From Blepharisma stoltei ATCC 30299 (lineage: Eukaryota > Protista > Ciliophora): 64,000 bases of DNA. Shown here one piece after another: positions 49,585-60,430 of the stretch. The first letter of the stretch is position 1, and every line of letters begins with the position of its first letter. Location: positions 558,001 to 622,000 of the forward strand of contig CBFDEM010000013.1 of assembly GCA_965603825.1 (NCBI GenBank), read 5' to 3'. Position numbers and translations under genes: made by a program. The notes under the pieces are model-generated. The model did no database searches, had not been told where the DNA came from, and saw nothing but the letters and a program-made list of their open reading frames with translations.

Positions 49585-50106
49585 CTAGCTTTCTATTATT
49601 TGATCTGCCCAAGGGAACTTCTTCTTAATTTCATCCATCATTTCCTCATCAAGCTCAGGCTCAATTTCCCATTCTGCTCTAATCAGGTCAATATTTTTAC
49701 CTTGAAACAGAGAAGCAGTAAATGCACATAGTATTTTTACTAAATAATTGATGTCTAAATAATCAGCGATGTCTGCAAATTCGCATAGCTCTTCAATGCT
49801 CAATTTATTTAAAAATGCCCATTCTTCAGCAGTTACAATGTCTTGGAATTTCCGAGTCAGAGGCTGAGAGGGAGGCTCTGGAAATTGATAGGCAAATATA
49901 TTGCAATATTTTACTACAAGCTTTATCTGATGCTTTGTGAAAAACGGTATAGGAATTGATCCTTCATGATATTCATTTATAATTTCTAATAAAAATTCAG
50001 AGCATCTCCCTATTTTAGTCGACACTGGGATCTTCGCTCCTTCAGCTGATATAAAATTGATATTTCCAGCAATGTCTCCGTCAGATAAAAGAATATCTTG
50101 TTCCAT
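49585..50106 (-). CDS. divergent SKP1-family protein
   Basis: ISAEG, IPIP..LVVKYC, ADYLDI..L..LC..A..GK..IR. Confidence 0.8.
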   Translation of the reverse strand: MEQDILLSDGDIAGNINFISAEGAKIPVSTKIGRCSEFLLEIINEYHEGSIPIPFFTKHQIKLVVKYCNIFAYQFPEPPSQPLTRKFQDIVTAEEWAFLNKLSIEELCEFADIADYLDINYLVKILCAFTASLFQGKNIDLIRAEWEIEPELDEEMMDEIKKKFPWADQIIES

Positions 50107-50117
50107 AATTAAATTTA

Positions 50118-50750
50118 TTAATGGATAAATGCATATTTACTATATGCAGCCGAGTTGAAATTTGGAAACGCAATTTTTAAATCTTCCCTTGGCCCGAAAA
50201 TTTTAATTTCTCTTATGTGAGTGTCTCTTCCATTATGCTGATTTTGTAAAACCATCAGCTGCACGATATGAGTTTTTACAGGCCTAAAAGCACCTCCTTG
50301 CTGCTTGCCCAGTGAAAAATTAAACCAGCCTGTAGGCTCGTCTAAATCTACGGTTTGTACTTCTCATAGGTCAGTCGTAGTATTTCCTAAATAAATTGAC
50401 AGCTTGCTTGGGGTGTAGCTTTCGTCAGATTTAAAATCAACAAAAATACAAAATTCACTCACTGCGATTTTTCTAGGAAAGAAGACAGTAACAGTGTGAG
50501 GCTGGACTCCGTCTGATTGCCAGAAGGTATTTACATTATCATCACGCAGTTGTTCAACTCCGTTTCCAAGCTTAGCAGATGATAAGGTCCATATCCCAAG
50601 CTTTCCTATTTCCCGGCGATGTGCATTTGCGGATAGCGGGATCCTGGTTTTTGTATAAGGCCTATCAATTGGGAAACCTTCAAGTTCTGAATGACTAAAT
50701 AAATCAGTGACATCGGTGAACGGACTTCCTATCGGTGAGAGATAGCTCAT
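50118..50750 (-). CDS. APC10: anaphase-promoting complex subunit 10 (DOC1)
   Basis: WTLSSAK.GNGV..LRD, TFWQSDG.QPH, DESYTP, NGRDTHIR; through TGA 50364. Confidence 0.93.
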
Positions 50751-50842
50751 TTTTTCCTAAATATTTAAATTTGCATCTTTTATAAAACACTGCCAAAGTT
50801 TGCATATCCAAGCTTAATGTGGCCGTTAAATATTACTTTAAA

Positions 50843-52129
50843 ATGGAATTCAAAGAAAAATCTGCAATTGTGAGCTCAAGAGACTGCCCCGTGTCAAATT
50901 TTCAACAAAAGCGCCCTTTTATGCCTGGATTTGATACAAAATTCAATGATAATAAAAAACGAAAACTTTGAAATGGAGTCGAGCATATAAAAGCGGCCCC
51001 ATCTAACAATCTGACTTCTGAGGAAAGAGAATTATTAAAAATTGAAGCTGAAATTAATGAATTTGAGCGGCAAAAACTCTTAAATTTAATGACCTATCAA
51101 AGAAGCAAAAATTATACACCAATTAATTTGCCACATCATAGCACAGTCCCTCAACCGTTTGTATTAAGAACCGAACAAATACCTTGCGCAAAGGACCATT
51201 TGATAGAAGAGCGATGCTTGAACGCAAGACCTATTTTTAAAGCCCGCCCTATGCCTAGGTACAATGAGCCTCCCATATATAGAAGCGATAAAAAATTAAC
51301 AGTCCCGAGGGAATTTGAATTTTCAACCCCAACCTCAACCAGGCATATGGATTGCCACTATTCAACTCCTACAAATCTCTGCCATAGTGTGGATTTTTCC
51401 CATAGCATCTGTGACAGTCCTGCTTTTCATGCTAAAGAGATGCCTGATTTCTCGAACCCTTTTACACCCACAAAAAGTTTTACGCCAACAAAGTTCCAGC
51501 CTTTCCACTTAAAAACAGAAGAAAGAGGAAGTTCTAAAAAGAAATCAGAGCAGCTAGAATATCAAAGGAGCTTGCAAGAAAATTCTATTAGTATGTTTAG
51601 AGCAACCCCTATGCCTGATTTCACACCTCCCTCATTAAAAAAATCAGAAAGACCCCCTACTACGCCTATCCCATTCGTATTGGCAACTGAACGAAGGAGC
51701 ATGGAGCGCCCCCCCTCTTACTCCCCTTCTACCTTTCAAAATTTCAAAGCCAAGCCGATGCCAGATTTTTCCCACCCCTTCTTCCCTGTTAGTAACAACA
51801 TGGAGCTCACGCAGCCCATGGATATAGAACTTCACACAGATAAGCGAGCAGAAGAAAGAGCTGCATTTGAAGAAAGTCTTCGAGAAAAAGAAAGACAAGA
51901 AAGTCTGCTAAGAAGTTTGGAAGAACAAGAGAGAAAAAAGAAAGAAAATCATGAGGTCCAGCTCTTCAGAAAGCAGGCTGAATTTCGAGCTCGACCTATG
52001 CCAGGGTTTTACTATTCTGGCACTGAAAACAATAATCCAAATTTCAAAGAAATTGTTTCAACTCATTATTCCTTCATGGAAACAGAGACTTCAATAACAC
52101 AAGATGAGGAAATGACTGATGCGCCATAA
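50843..52129 (+). CDS. TPX2-like microtubule-associated protein
   Basis: Repeated FKARPMP/FRATPMP and T.P.PF.L.TE.R motifs; ATG 50843 through TGA 50969. Confidence 0.8.
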
Positions 52130-52143
52130 ATTATAAATAAAAG

Positions 52144-52611
52144 TTATATATTTTCTATATCTATATCGCTTTTTCGCTCTTCGTCGCTGTAATCGCTGTC
52201 TTCTTCTTCAACATTGGTCATTCTGGCGAATTGGATGTGGTCGTTTGGATCTTCTTCTTGGTTTTCTGCTACTTTTAGATTTTCAGGTAGCTCACCAAGA
52301 GATTTTAAGTTTCTGACCTCATCAGGTGTGTATTTAAGAATGATGTCAGCTTTTGAGTCTTGATAGTCCCTCAAACCGACTAAGACAATGTCATCCATCC
52401 CTATCCACACTCTTCTTTTCATCTGACCTCTAATGTGGCAAAGACGCTTTACACCATCAAAACAGTAAGCTTCTAAGCGGCCATTTCCAAGCATCCTGAG
52501 CACTTGTGCGTATTCTTGCCCATCTTCTTTAAAAGTGAGCTCTCGTTTGAACTCAGTTGATTCGTTTTTCCCACGACGCTTGTTTTTGCCACCTTTACCT
52601 TTTTTCGGCAT
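52144..52611 (-). CDS. EIF1A: translation initiation factor eIF1A
   Basis: MPK.GKGGKN.RRGKNE, QEYAQV..MLGNGRL, GLRDYQD. Confidence 0.97.
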   Translation of the reverse strand: MPKKGKGGKNKRRGKNESTEFKRELTFKEDGQEYAQVLRMLGNGRLEAYCFDGVKRLCHIRGQMKRRVWIGMDDIVLVGLRDYQDSKADIILKYTPDEVRNLKSLGELPENLKVAENQEEDPNDHIQFARMTNVEEEDSDYSDEERKSDIDIENI

Positions 52612-52638
52612 TTATATTAGAAAATAAAATTGTCTAGA

Positions 52639-53130
52639 ATGTATTTTATTCTTTTAGTTGCTATTGCCTTAGGGAAGAATTTAAAAGAATCCTCTTGGTT
52701 AAAGAGCCAAATTAACCCAGGTGAAACAAAATTATACACAGTGTCAAAGAATGACCTTTACCCAGACAGTGCATATGAGATAAGGGTTTCTTATCTAGGC
52801 ACTATTGGTGCTAATTTTTTATTAAAATGAGATTGTGATAGCCAGAGCAACCTAAGACGCTTATTGGATATAGAAAAAATAGTTTTCCGTACAGACAGCA
52901 ATAGAAACATCATAGGCCTTTCTTGCTCTGAATACAAACTAAGAGTTAAAGCTTACAGAAATTCGCGAGGCTCTGATGTTAATGCAGATACGCAAATTAT
53001 CCAATATGAAATTATTATGGAACGAGTTGAAAGTTTCACGCTTATTCCTATGAGTACTTTTCCTATGATTATAGTGACTCTTTTTATGATAGGAACTGCA
53101 ATTTATATTTCAAGGCTTTTAACAAAATAA
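52639..53130 (+). CDS. type I membrane protein of unknown function
   Basis: Signal peptide, YEIRVSY..RRLLDIEKIVF, C-terminal TM helix; joined through TGA 52828. Confidence 0.7.
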
Positions 53131-53150
53131 TTAATATAAAATATTATAAA

Positions 53151-54137
53151 TTACTTGAAAAATGGCTCATAAAGCTGGAATTCAAGATTCTGATAGTTCG
53201 GAGACAAATCATTAGATTCACAATAATTTTCTAAAGGATCCTTTATAGTTGTAGAAGAGTCCTCAGATGATAACAATATTTGTTTAGGTCTACTATGAGG
53301 AGAAAGCTTCCTTGAAGACGCGAACTTCAAAGACTCCGTTTTAATTGAGTTGCTTCTTGATGAATTTCTCATTCGAGGCGTAGTTTGAAGATAACTGATC
53401 ATGCTTAAATCCCTTCGAATTTCTTCAGAAATTTGCTCTTTCGCTAATTTTTTTCGCTTGAGCTCAGTTTCAAATTCTGATTCACACGAATTAGAAATTA
53501 AAGGCAAATTTTTATCATGTTTTCTTAATAAAACTTTTCAGTCACTTGGCCCTCTAAAGGAGTATTCTCCGAACTCTTTTTTGCGTTTAATTGGTGTTTC
53601 TGGAGATTTTGACCTCTTTGCAGGTTTCGTTTCTTTGAACTCTAAGTTTTGATAGTTTTTAATCAGTGATATCTGTTCTAGCTGCTTATTTGTTAAGGCA
53701 CTATTTGGAAGTCTAGATACTTTAACTGATGAATTTTTCAATGTAAGCAATTTTCCAAGAGAATAGCTATCGTCCACAAATTCTTTATGTAGCTCTTCTG
53801 CCAGGTCATATTTTGGAAGCGGAGAAATGCTCTTTTTAGAGTGCTTATTTGTTATTTCTGCTTTGACATAAGGATGGAACCTCATCTGAAGCTGATGGTC
53901 ACTTGGAATTGTTTTATATGATCGTAGCTCATTTTTGATAGGCGAAGGCGTTTGGGAAATTTCCTTTAAAATCCTCGGCTTAGAAGATCGGGAATGAATT
54001 GAGAATTGAGGATGCTTCTGATGAAATAGTGGATCATATCTGAGACGAGGAAGCTTAGTTAATGCAAGTTGCTCTATTGTACAGCCTTTTCTTAGATTAG
54101 GAATATTTTTACACTCAAAAGATTTATTCATTATCAT
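53151..54137 (-). CDS. hypothetical basic protein
   Basis: Two ORFs in one frame through TGA 53538; start could be 54131, 54137 or 54170. Confidence 0.65.
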
Positions 54138-54201
54138 TAGTAGGATAGTAAAATAAAAACTGCTCAACATGGATTGCTATTAAGATCTATTATAAAAAGT
54201 A

Positions 54202-54939
54202 ATGGAAAGCACGCACATAGAAGTTCACAATGGAAGCATCCTCAAAAAAGCTAATCACGTCAGATTTGTATGCATTTCAGACACGCATGATTATACTGAT
54301 AATTTGATTTTGCCTGATGGAGATGTCTTGATACATGCAGGAGACTTTACACTAGAAGGGAATTATATGGAAGTTGCCAAATTTAATCATTTTTTATCAA
54401 AACAAAAACATAAATATAAAATTGTAATAGCTGGAAATCATGACTTTTCTTTTGATAGTAATAAATATAATGAACTTTTACAGTTGCATGAACTTCCTTA
54501 TCAAGCAAGCTCAAAGGAAATAAAAAGTTTATTAAAAAACTGCATTTATTTAGAAGATTCATATGTAAGAATTTATGGCTATAAAATATATGGATCTCCA
54601 TGGACAAAAGAGCATTATCCTGGAGCTTTTACAATAGCAAGTAGCAGTGAAATACAAAGAAAATGGATGATGATTCCTGATAATACTGATATTTTAGTCA
54701 CTCATTCGCCTTCATATATGACCTTAGATTTAACGATAAAGTATCATAATGCAGGCTGTCAATATCTAGCTGAAGAGCTTCTTAGAGTCCGTCCTAAAGT
54801 TCATATTTTTGGCCATATTCATGAATCTTCTGGATGAATTGAAAACAGAGGAATTACTTCGATAAATGCAGCAGTGTGCAATCGAAGATATCAGCCAAAC
54901 AACCCTGCTAAAATTTTCGATCTACCAAGGCTTGGCTAA
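54202..54939 (+). CDS. MPPED1/2-like metallophosphoesterase
   Basis: ISDTH, HAGD, AGNHD, THSP, GHIHE; reading TGA 54835 as Trp restores INAA..N.P..FDL. Confidence 0.92.
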
Positions 54940-55327
54940 TTAATCATTGTTGTATATATTGTTAATAGTATATAAATTTTAATGCACCCTAGCTATATTA
55001 ATTAAAATTTTTTATTTTATTTGCTTACATATTCTTATACAATAATAATTTCATAAAATATATTTATCTTCTGATGCTAGCTCGAAAAATTTTATATTTA
55101 AAAACAATTGATAATGGAGGGTCTAAATATTTATTTCCCAAATATTATATAAATGCAATATAATTAATCATCAATCTTTATTCACTAAACTTAAAGCACT
55201 TTCAAAAACTTTAAATTTTATGATCATCTATAATACCCAAAACTATAATTAAAGTATAACTCGTCTTAATTTTACTACTTTAAAATTAAACTTATTTTCG
55301 CTATGGAGAACTTAAATTCTTTAAAAA

Positions 55328-57538
55328 ATGCAGTCTGTTGATCAATCCTCTTCAACAAATGTCCAAGTTTTCTGTCGTTTCCGACCACTTGACGATCACG
55401 AACGAAGCCTACCAAACCAGAGATTTATTGAAATTTTGCCTAATTCAAAATCTGTAATAGTGCACCCAAATAAAGAAAGTCGTGAAGATGCACAATTTTA
55501 TTTTGATTATATTTTTGACGAGTTTTCTTCCCAGCAACTTGTATATGATAAAGGAGCAAGAAGTGTAATAGAAGCCGTCATGCAAGGATTTAATGGGACA
55601 GTTTTTGCATATGGCCAGACATCCTCAGGGAAAACTTACACAATGTTTGGCCCTAACCTTGATGACCCAGAAGCAATGGGAATAATCCCACACATGATAA
55701 CGACCGTTTTTTACAACATAGAAAATTCTGACCCCACAAATGAATACACAGTAAAAGTTTGTTGTTTTGAGCTTTACCTAGAAAAAATAAGAGACTTATT
55801 TGACACATCCAAAGAGAACTTAAAAATCAGAGAAGATAAGATGAGAGGGGTGTATTTAGAAGGATTAACAGAAATTTATGTATCAACTGGAGAAGAAGTG
55901 CATGAACTCATGAAGTATGGCCACCAAACAAGAGCGGTTGGTGCCCATAGGATGAATAATGAATCGTCCAGGTCACACTTAATTTTTTCCATAGCAGTTT
56001 CTCAAACAAGTACAGAGGATTTTACTACCAAAGTAGGAAAACTGCATTTAATTGATCTTGCTGGGTCTGAAAAAGTAGATAAAACAGGTGCGGAAGGAAC
56101 AAGACTGGAAGAAGCCAAAAAAATCAACAAGTCTTTGACAATTTTAGGGCAGGTGATAACAGCTTTGTCGGAAGGTAAAAGAGGGTATATTCCTTATAGA
56201 GATTCAAAATTGACAAGGATTCTTCAAGATTCTTTAGGTGGAAATTCAAGGACTAGCTTAATTATCACTTGCTCACCATCTTCATGGAATGAACTTGAAA
56301 CGATAAGTTCATTGAGATTTGGAATGAGAGCAAAAATGATAAAAAATACTCCAAAAGTAAATATAGAGTCTACTGTTGGAGAGCTAAAATTATTATTAGC
56401 TGCTGCCAAAGAAGAAATTCACCAGAAGAATAAAAAAATCAAAAGATTAGAAAATAATCAAAGTCAGCTTGAAGAAAGTATGAGTATGATGGATTTTGAA
56501 ATTGATAAGAAATATGAGGACGTTATTAAAGAGTTAGAAGAAACAAGGGCTAGATTATCATTAGAAATTTCAAAAAATTCCAAGCTCAATAGTGAGCTAT
56601 CGCAGGTGCAAAATAATTATGATGATCTAAAATCACAATTTGACGCTCTTTTAGCTCAATCTAAGCTTATTGATGAAGAATTCCAATCGGTGGAAGAAAT
56701 TTTAAAAGTTAAAGAAGAGCAAATAGAGCAGCTCACTGCTTTTAAGAATTCTTATGAGAATGGGTTTACAACTGCCAATGATGCAAAATTAAAGCTTGAA
56801 CAAGTTATTATTGAAAAAGATTTAGAAATAGAATTATTAAGAAGAAAATTAAAATTATCACCAACAGCTTTTTCAGAAGAGGATAAAGTTAGGCAAGAGC
56901 AAAAAAGAAAGGAAGCTCAAGAAAAAGCAATTATAAGCAAGTATGCGCCTTCTTTATTGGATCTAAGTATGGATAGCCAAATAGGTGATGAAAACTGGAG
57001 ATTAGAGAAAAAGAACTTAATTGAAAATTTGAAGCTGAGAATAAAACAAATAATTGATCTGGAAATTGCTCTTGACGATTCTAAAAATGATTATAATAGT
57101 TTAGAGAATAGCATGAATCTTGATGCAAAAGAAGCCAAACGCAGAAATGACCATTTGCAGCGAAGCCTTGAGCAGCTTACCCTTATGTACCATCAGCTTG
57201 TTAACCAAAATTCTGCATTGTCTGTAGAAAAACAAATTTTAGAAAAAAAATCAACAAGATTGTCTGAAAAATTAAAATTAATTGAAACTTCTTCTGCAGC
57301 TCTAAAAGGAGAACTTAAAAGAGCTAAAGAAGAAATAGACCAGCTTAAAGAAGAATTAAACCAGCCAAATTACTTAAAGAACACGATGGGAGCTTTAGCT
57401 CCATTAATACCCAATTCAAGAATCAAAAAGAGGATACGAGGTGGAGGAAACCAGCAGCTTTTGGCTACATTTGCTGTGCAGGCTAAAACATACTCAAATC
57501 TCAGAAACTCATTTAATCAATTTGAAGTTGGTAAATAG
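55328..57538 (+). CDS. kinesin-1 heavy chain-like motor
   Basis: GQTSSGKT, SSRSH, DLAGSE, PYRDSKLT; coiled stalk; tail SRIKKRIRGGG resembling the IAK autoinhibitory motif. Confidence 0.92.
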   Translation: MQSVDQSSSTNVQVFCRFRPLDDHERSLPNQRFIEILPNSKSVIVHPNKESREDAQFYFDYIFDEFSSQQLVYDKGARSVIEAVMQGFNGTVFAYGQTSSGKTYTMFGPNLDDPEAMGIIPHMITTVFYNIENSDPTNEYTVKVCCFELYLEKIRDLFDTSKENLKIREDKMRGVYLEGLTEIYVSTGEEVHELMKYGHQTRAVGAHRMNNESSRSHLIFSIAVSQTSTEDFTTKVGKLHLIDLAGSEKVDKTGAEGTRLEEAKKINKSLTILGQVITALSEGKRGYIPYRDSKLTRILQDSLGGNSRTSLIITCSPSSWNELETISSLRFGMRAKMIKNTPKVNIESTVGELKLLLAAAKEEIHQKNKKIKRLENNQSQLEESMSMMDFEIDKKYEDVIKELEETRARLSLEISKNSKLNSELSQVQNNYDDLKSQFDALLAQSKLIDEEFQSVEEILKVKEEQIEQLTAFKNSYENGFTTANDAKLKLEQVIIEKDLEIELLRRKLKLSPTAFSEEDKVRQEQKRKEAQEKAIISKYAPSLLDLSMDSQIGDENWRLEKKNLIENLKLRIKQIIDLEIALDDSKNDYNSLENSMNLDAKEAKRRNDHLQRSLEQLTLMYHQLVNQNSALSVEKQILEKKSTRLSEKLKLIETSSAALKGELKRAKEEIDQLKEELNQPNYLKNTMGALAPLIPNSRIKKRIRGGGNQQLLATFAVQAKTYSNLRNSFNQFEVGK

Positions 57539-57558
57539 CTTAATTAAGACTAATTAGG

Positions 57559-59388
57559 TTAAGCATTAAGCAAAGCATTATAAGCCTCTTCAATATTGAT
57601 AATAAAATTGTCCTTTTTCTGCCATTTTCTCAACAGAGATGCTTCTTCTTGAAATGTAAGTTTAACTCCAAGGCCTTCAATAGCATCCAAAAAGTGCTTA
57701 TATTCTATTTCTTTCCCTAGCTTAGGGTCAATATTTTTCAGCATTTCGATCAAAAACGTTTGTGCTGAGCCATATGATTTTGAATATCTCATAATCTTTT
57801 TCAATATTTGTGGATAAGAGGCTTGAGGAAAATCATTAGGTCTTTCTTCCATGTAATTGTGAGTGTATTCATCACACTTGGTAAGGAAAAATCTGTAGCT
57901 TTGCAAAATCAGTGTATTTCCAATCATACAGTCTTTGTGTTGATAATATTCTTGACTGTATGGATTTTTGAATTTTCTTCGTTCCAAAAATTTGCCTCCA
58001 ACGACTCCTGAGTTTCGGTCAACGACTTCGAAAACTTTTATAGTATCATCACCAGGGAAAAATAAGACAATAAATTTCCCGAGCTCATCTTCTGGATTTG
58101 AACTGACAAGTTTTGCTTCAAATCTGAGCACGTGTTGGTCATTATCAAAAGCTTTGTACATGTCAACTTTTGGAGCATTTGGTAAGAGCTTCAGAACATT
58201 TCCTATTGAGTCTTCTTCGCTGCCAAAGCCATTGTGAGGAGGAATAGGGTTAGGAAGGATAAATCCTTTTGGTCTTTGTATTTGAATTGGCTTTACTTCT
58301 ATGTTGAGTTCTTCTAAATACCATTTTTTGGTGAACTCATCACAATCAAAAATGAGTAAATCTTTTCCATATACAGTTATACTGTTACCACAAATTAAAT
58401 CGTTAGGAGTATAATGATCTTCACTCCTCAGCGCTAGCGCTGGACATGGGGTCAAAATCGGTGTCTTGGGAACTTTCATCCTTCTCAATAGCATCGGAAA
58501 AGTTTCATTTCCAGTGTTCACCTGCTTAAGCTCCTTAATTTCCATTGTATCATCATATAAATAATAATTCATCCTATAAAACTTCAATCCTCCATCATAC
58601 GAGGTATCATTCCACATCACATCAAATGAAAGCACTTTTCTATCATTTTCTATGAAACTTCTCAGCTTTTTATTAGGATGTCCTCCTCCAAGCTTTACTT
58701 CATTATATTCTTTTACGTCCATGGTATCTGGTGGCGGTTGCTTAAAATTCACCATTAATCTTGTTACGTCAAACCTGTCCTCAGGATAGTTTTCAGCTTC
58801 CCCAAGATCTACCCCTTGCTCAGCGTAAAAATTCCTAGTAAACTCATCACAGTCTAAAATCCTGAAAACTCGTCCATACATAGTAGCATTTTGCCTTAAT
58901 CTAAAATCTCTCCATGAGTAATAAACCCCATCACTCCTAGGAATCCTATGCTTTTTCACAAAAACTCCTTGAGGAATCCCACTGTTTTCAACTTTAGGCT
59001 CTGTAATAAATGTAGTTTCGTCGTCTAAATAATGCATGATGACGCATTTTCTGACACGAAAATTTTCAGTTGAGCTTTCATGAACTGCCTCTTGGAAATA
59101 GCCATAAAAACGCAAGACTTGACGATCGTGCTTAAGCCAAGCTGGAGGGTTGCGGGGGATTGCATAGTTGTCAGGAGTTTTAGACCGAGCTTGGGAAGGA
59201 TAATTCATGAGAGTTAGTGTCTTACGGAGCTCTGATACAAGGTCAGGAGTGGCACTTTCTTGATGAAATTTTGTACTTTCAGTCATGTGGCCATCACGGA
59301 CTGTGAACATCTGGTGACGGTGGAAATTCGTTTTGGTTGGGTCTCGGAATTGATGACCTGGAAGCTTTGGGATTGAGGCTGAATCCAT
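57559..59388 (-). CDS. EFHC1/RIB72-family DM10-domain axonemal protein
   Basis: Three DM10 domains (VLRFYGYF, VLSFD, VLRFEAKL; NSGIPQG, CDEFT). Confidence 0.92.
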   Translation of the reverse strand: MDSASIPKLPGHQFRDPTKTNFHRHQMFTVRDGHMTESTKFHQESATPDLVSELRKTLTLMNYPSQARSKTPDNYAIPRNPPAWLKHDRQVLRFYGYFQEAVHESSTENFRVRKCVIMHYLDDETTFITEPKVENSGIPQGVFVKKHRIPRSDGVYYSWRDFRLRQNATMYGRVFRILDCDEFTRNFYAEQGVDLGEAENYPEDRFDVTRLMVNFKQPPPDTMDVKEYNEVKLGGGHPNKKLRSFIENDRKVLSFDVMWNDTSYDGGLKFYRMNYYLYDDTMEIKELKQVNTGNETFPMLLRRMKVPKTPILTPCPALALRSEDHYTPNDLICGNSITVYGKDLLIFDCDEFTKKWYLEELNIEVKPIQIQRPKGFILPNPIPPHNGFGSEEDSIGNVLKLLPNAPKVDMYKAFDNDQHVLRFEAKLVSSNPEDELGKFIVLFFPGDDTIKVFEVVDRNSGVVGGKFLERRKFKNPYSQEYYQHKDCMIGNTLILQSYRFFLTKCDEYTHNYMEERPNDFPQASYPQILKKIMRYSKSYGSAQTFLIEMLKNIDPKLGKEIEYKHFLDAIEGLGVKLTFQEEASLLRKWQKKDNFIINIEEAYNALLNA

Positions 59389-59488
59389 AATTTATTAAGA
59401 ATAACCGAAATTTTTATGCTAAAATTATTGAAAGTGATTAGGAATTATTGACATGAAATTGCTTATTTTCGGTTAAATTTTAAAATTT

Positions 59489-60214
59489 TTAAAGTCTTCC
59501 TCTTCCTCTTCCTCGACCTCTTCCTCTGCCAGTTGGAGAGTTATCTTTAGCCTCTCCTCGAGGTCCTGGGCTTGTATCTCTAGGAATTATGCTACCAGTT
59601 GTAGTTTTCAAATTGGTTACTTTATTGTCTTTATCAGGCTTCTCTGTAGTTGGAATTTTAGTCTCATCATTATCGTGGACATAAAAAGAGTCTCCTCTGC
59701 CTGTTGTATCTTTCATTTGAGTCGCGACTTGAAGTTTTAAATTTTTTACAAAAATCTTTTTGATGTAGAATTCTCCTATAAGCGTCTAAATAGAAGTTAC
59801 CATTGAGGTAATCATGAAAAATAAACTTGAAATATAGAGAAATGATTGGTAGGTTTCTGGACTAGACATATTTGCGCAGTCCATGTCTGATGGGATCATT
59901 GATGGATCTGTTTGATCTCCACAGAGCTGAGTTGAGGCTACGGCGAGTCCAAAAATTACATAATAAATACATCACGCAAAGGTCAAGACTAGAAAAGCGG
60001 CTGAAGAAATCAGCAGTTTTTTATTAGCTCACCAAACGTTTAGGATCATGAATATTGCACTAAAGAAGCCACATATGAAGAGAAACAGTTTTACCCAAGG
60101 TCTCCATTCATCTGTATCAAAATCATCTTTATAAGATTCGTATAAGTAAGGAATTGATAGTAGACTTGCTATTGCAAGAGTGATCGTTATTCCTAAATTA
60201 TAGTAAAGAGTCAT
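59489..60214 (-). CDS. four-TM membrane protein with RG-repeat tail, two exons
   Basis: Two TGA(Trp) plus the 15-nt intron 59786-59800 join ORFs 60029..60295 and 59489..59716; start uncertain (60214 or 60286). Confidence 0.7.
59786..59800 (-). other. 15-nt spliceosomal intron
   Basis: GTAACTTCTATTTAG, phase 0, its terminal TAG is an in-frame stop. Confidence 0.8.
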
Positions 60215-60430
60215 ATATTTATTATGAAATTCAAAGCATGAATAAATTTGAACTGCAAATGAGCAAATTTTACCATTTATTAACATTGAATTCAAATAAC
60301 GAAAATTAAATGCATTGTTTTTTTACTTAAGAAATTTTATCGATTTTTTATTACAATTTTTTTCTAAATTCAAAAACAAATTAGAATAATTTTTTAATGA
60401 TATATATTTTTTTAATTTTTATCTATTAGC

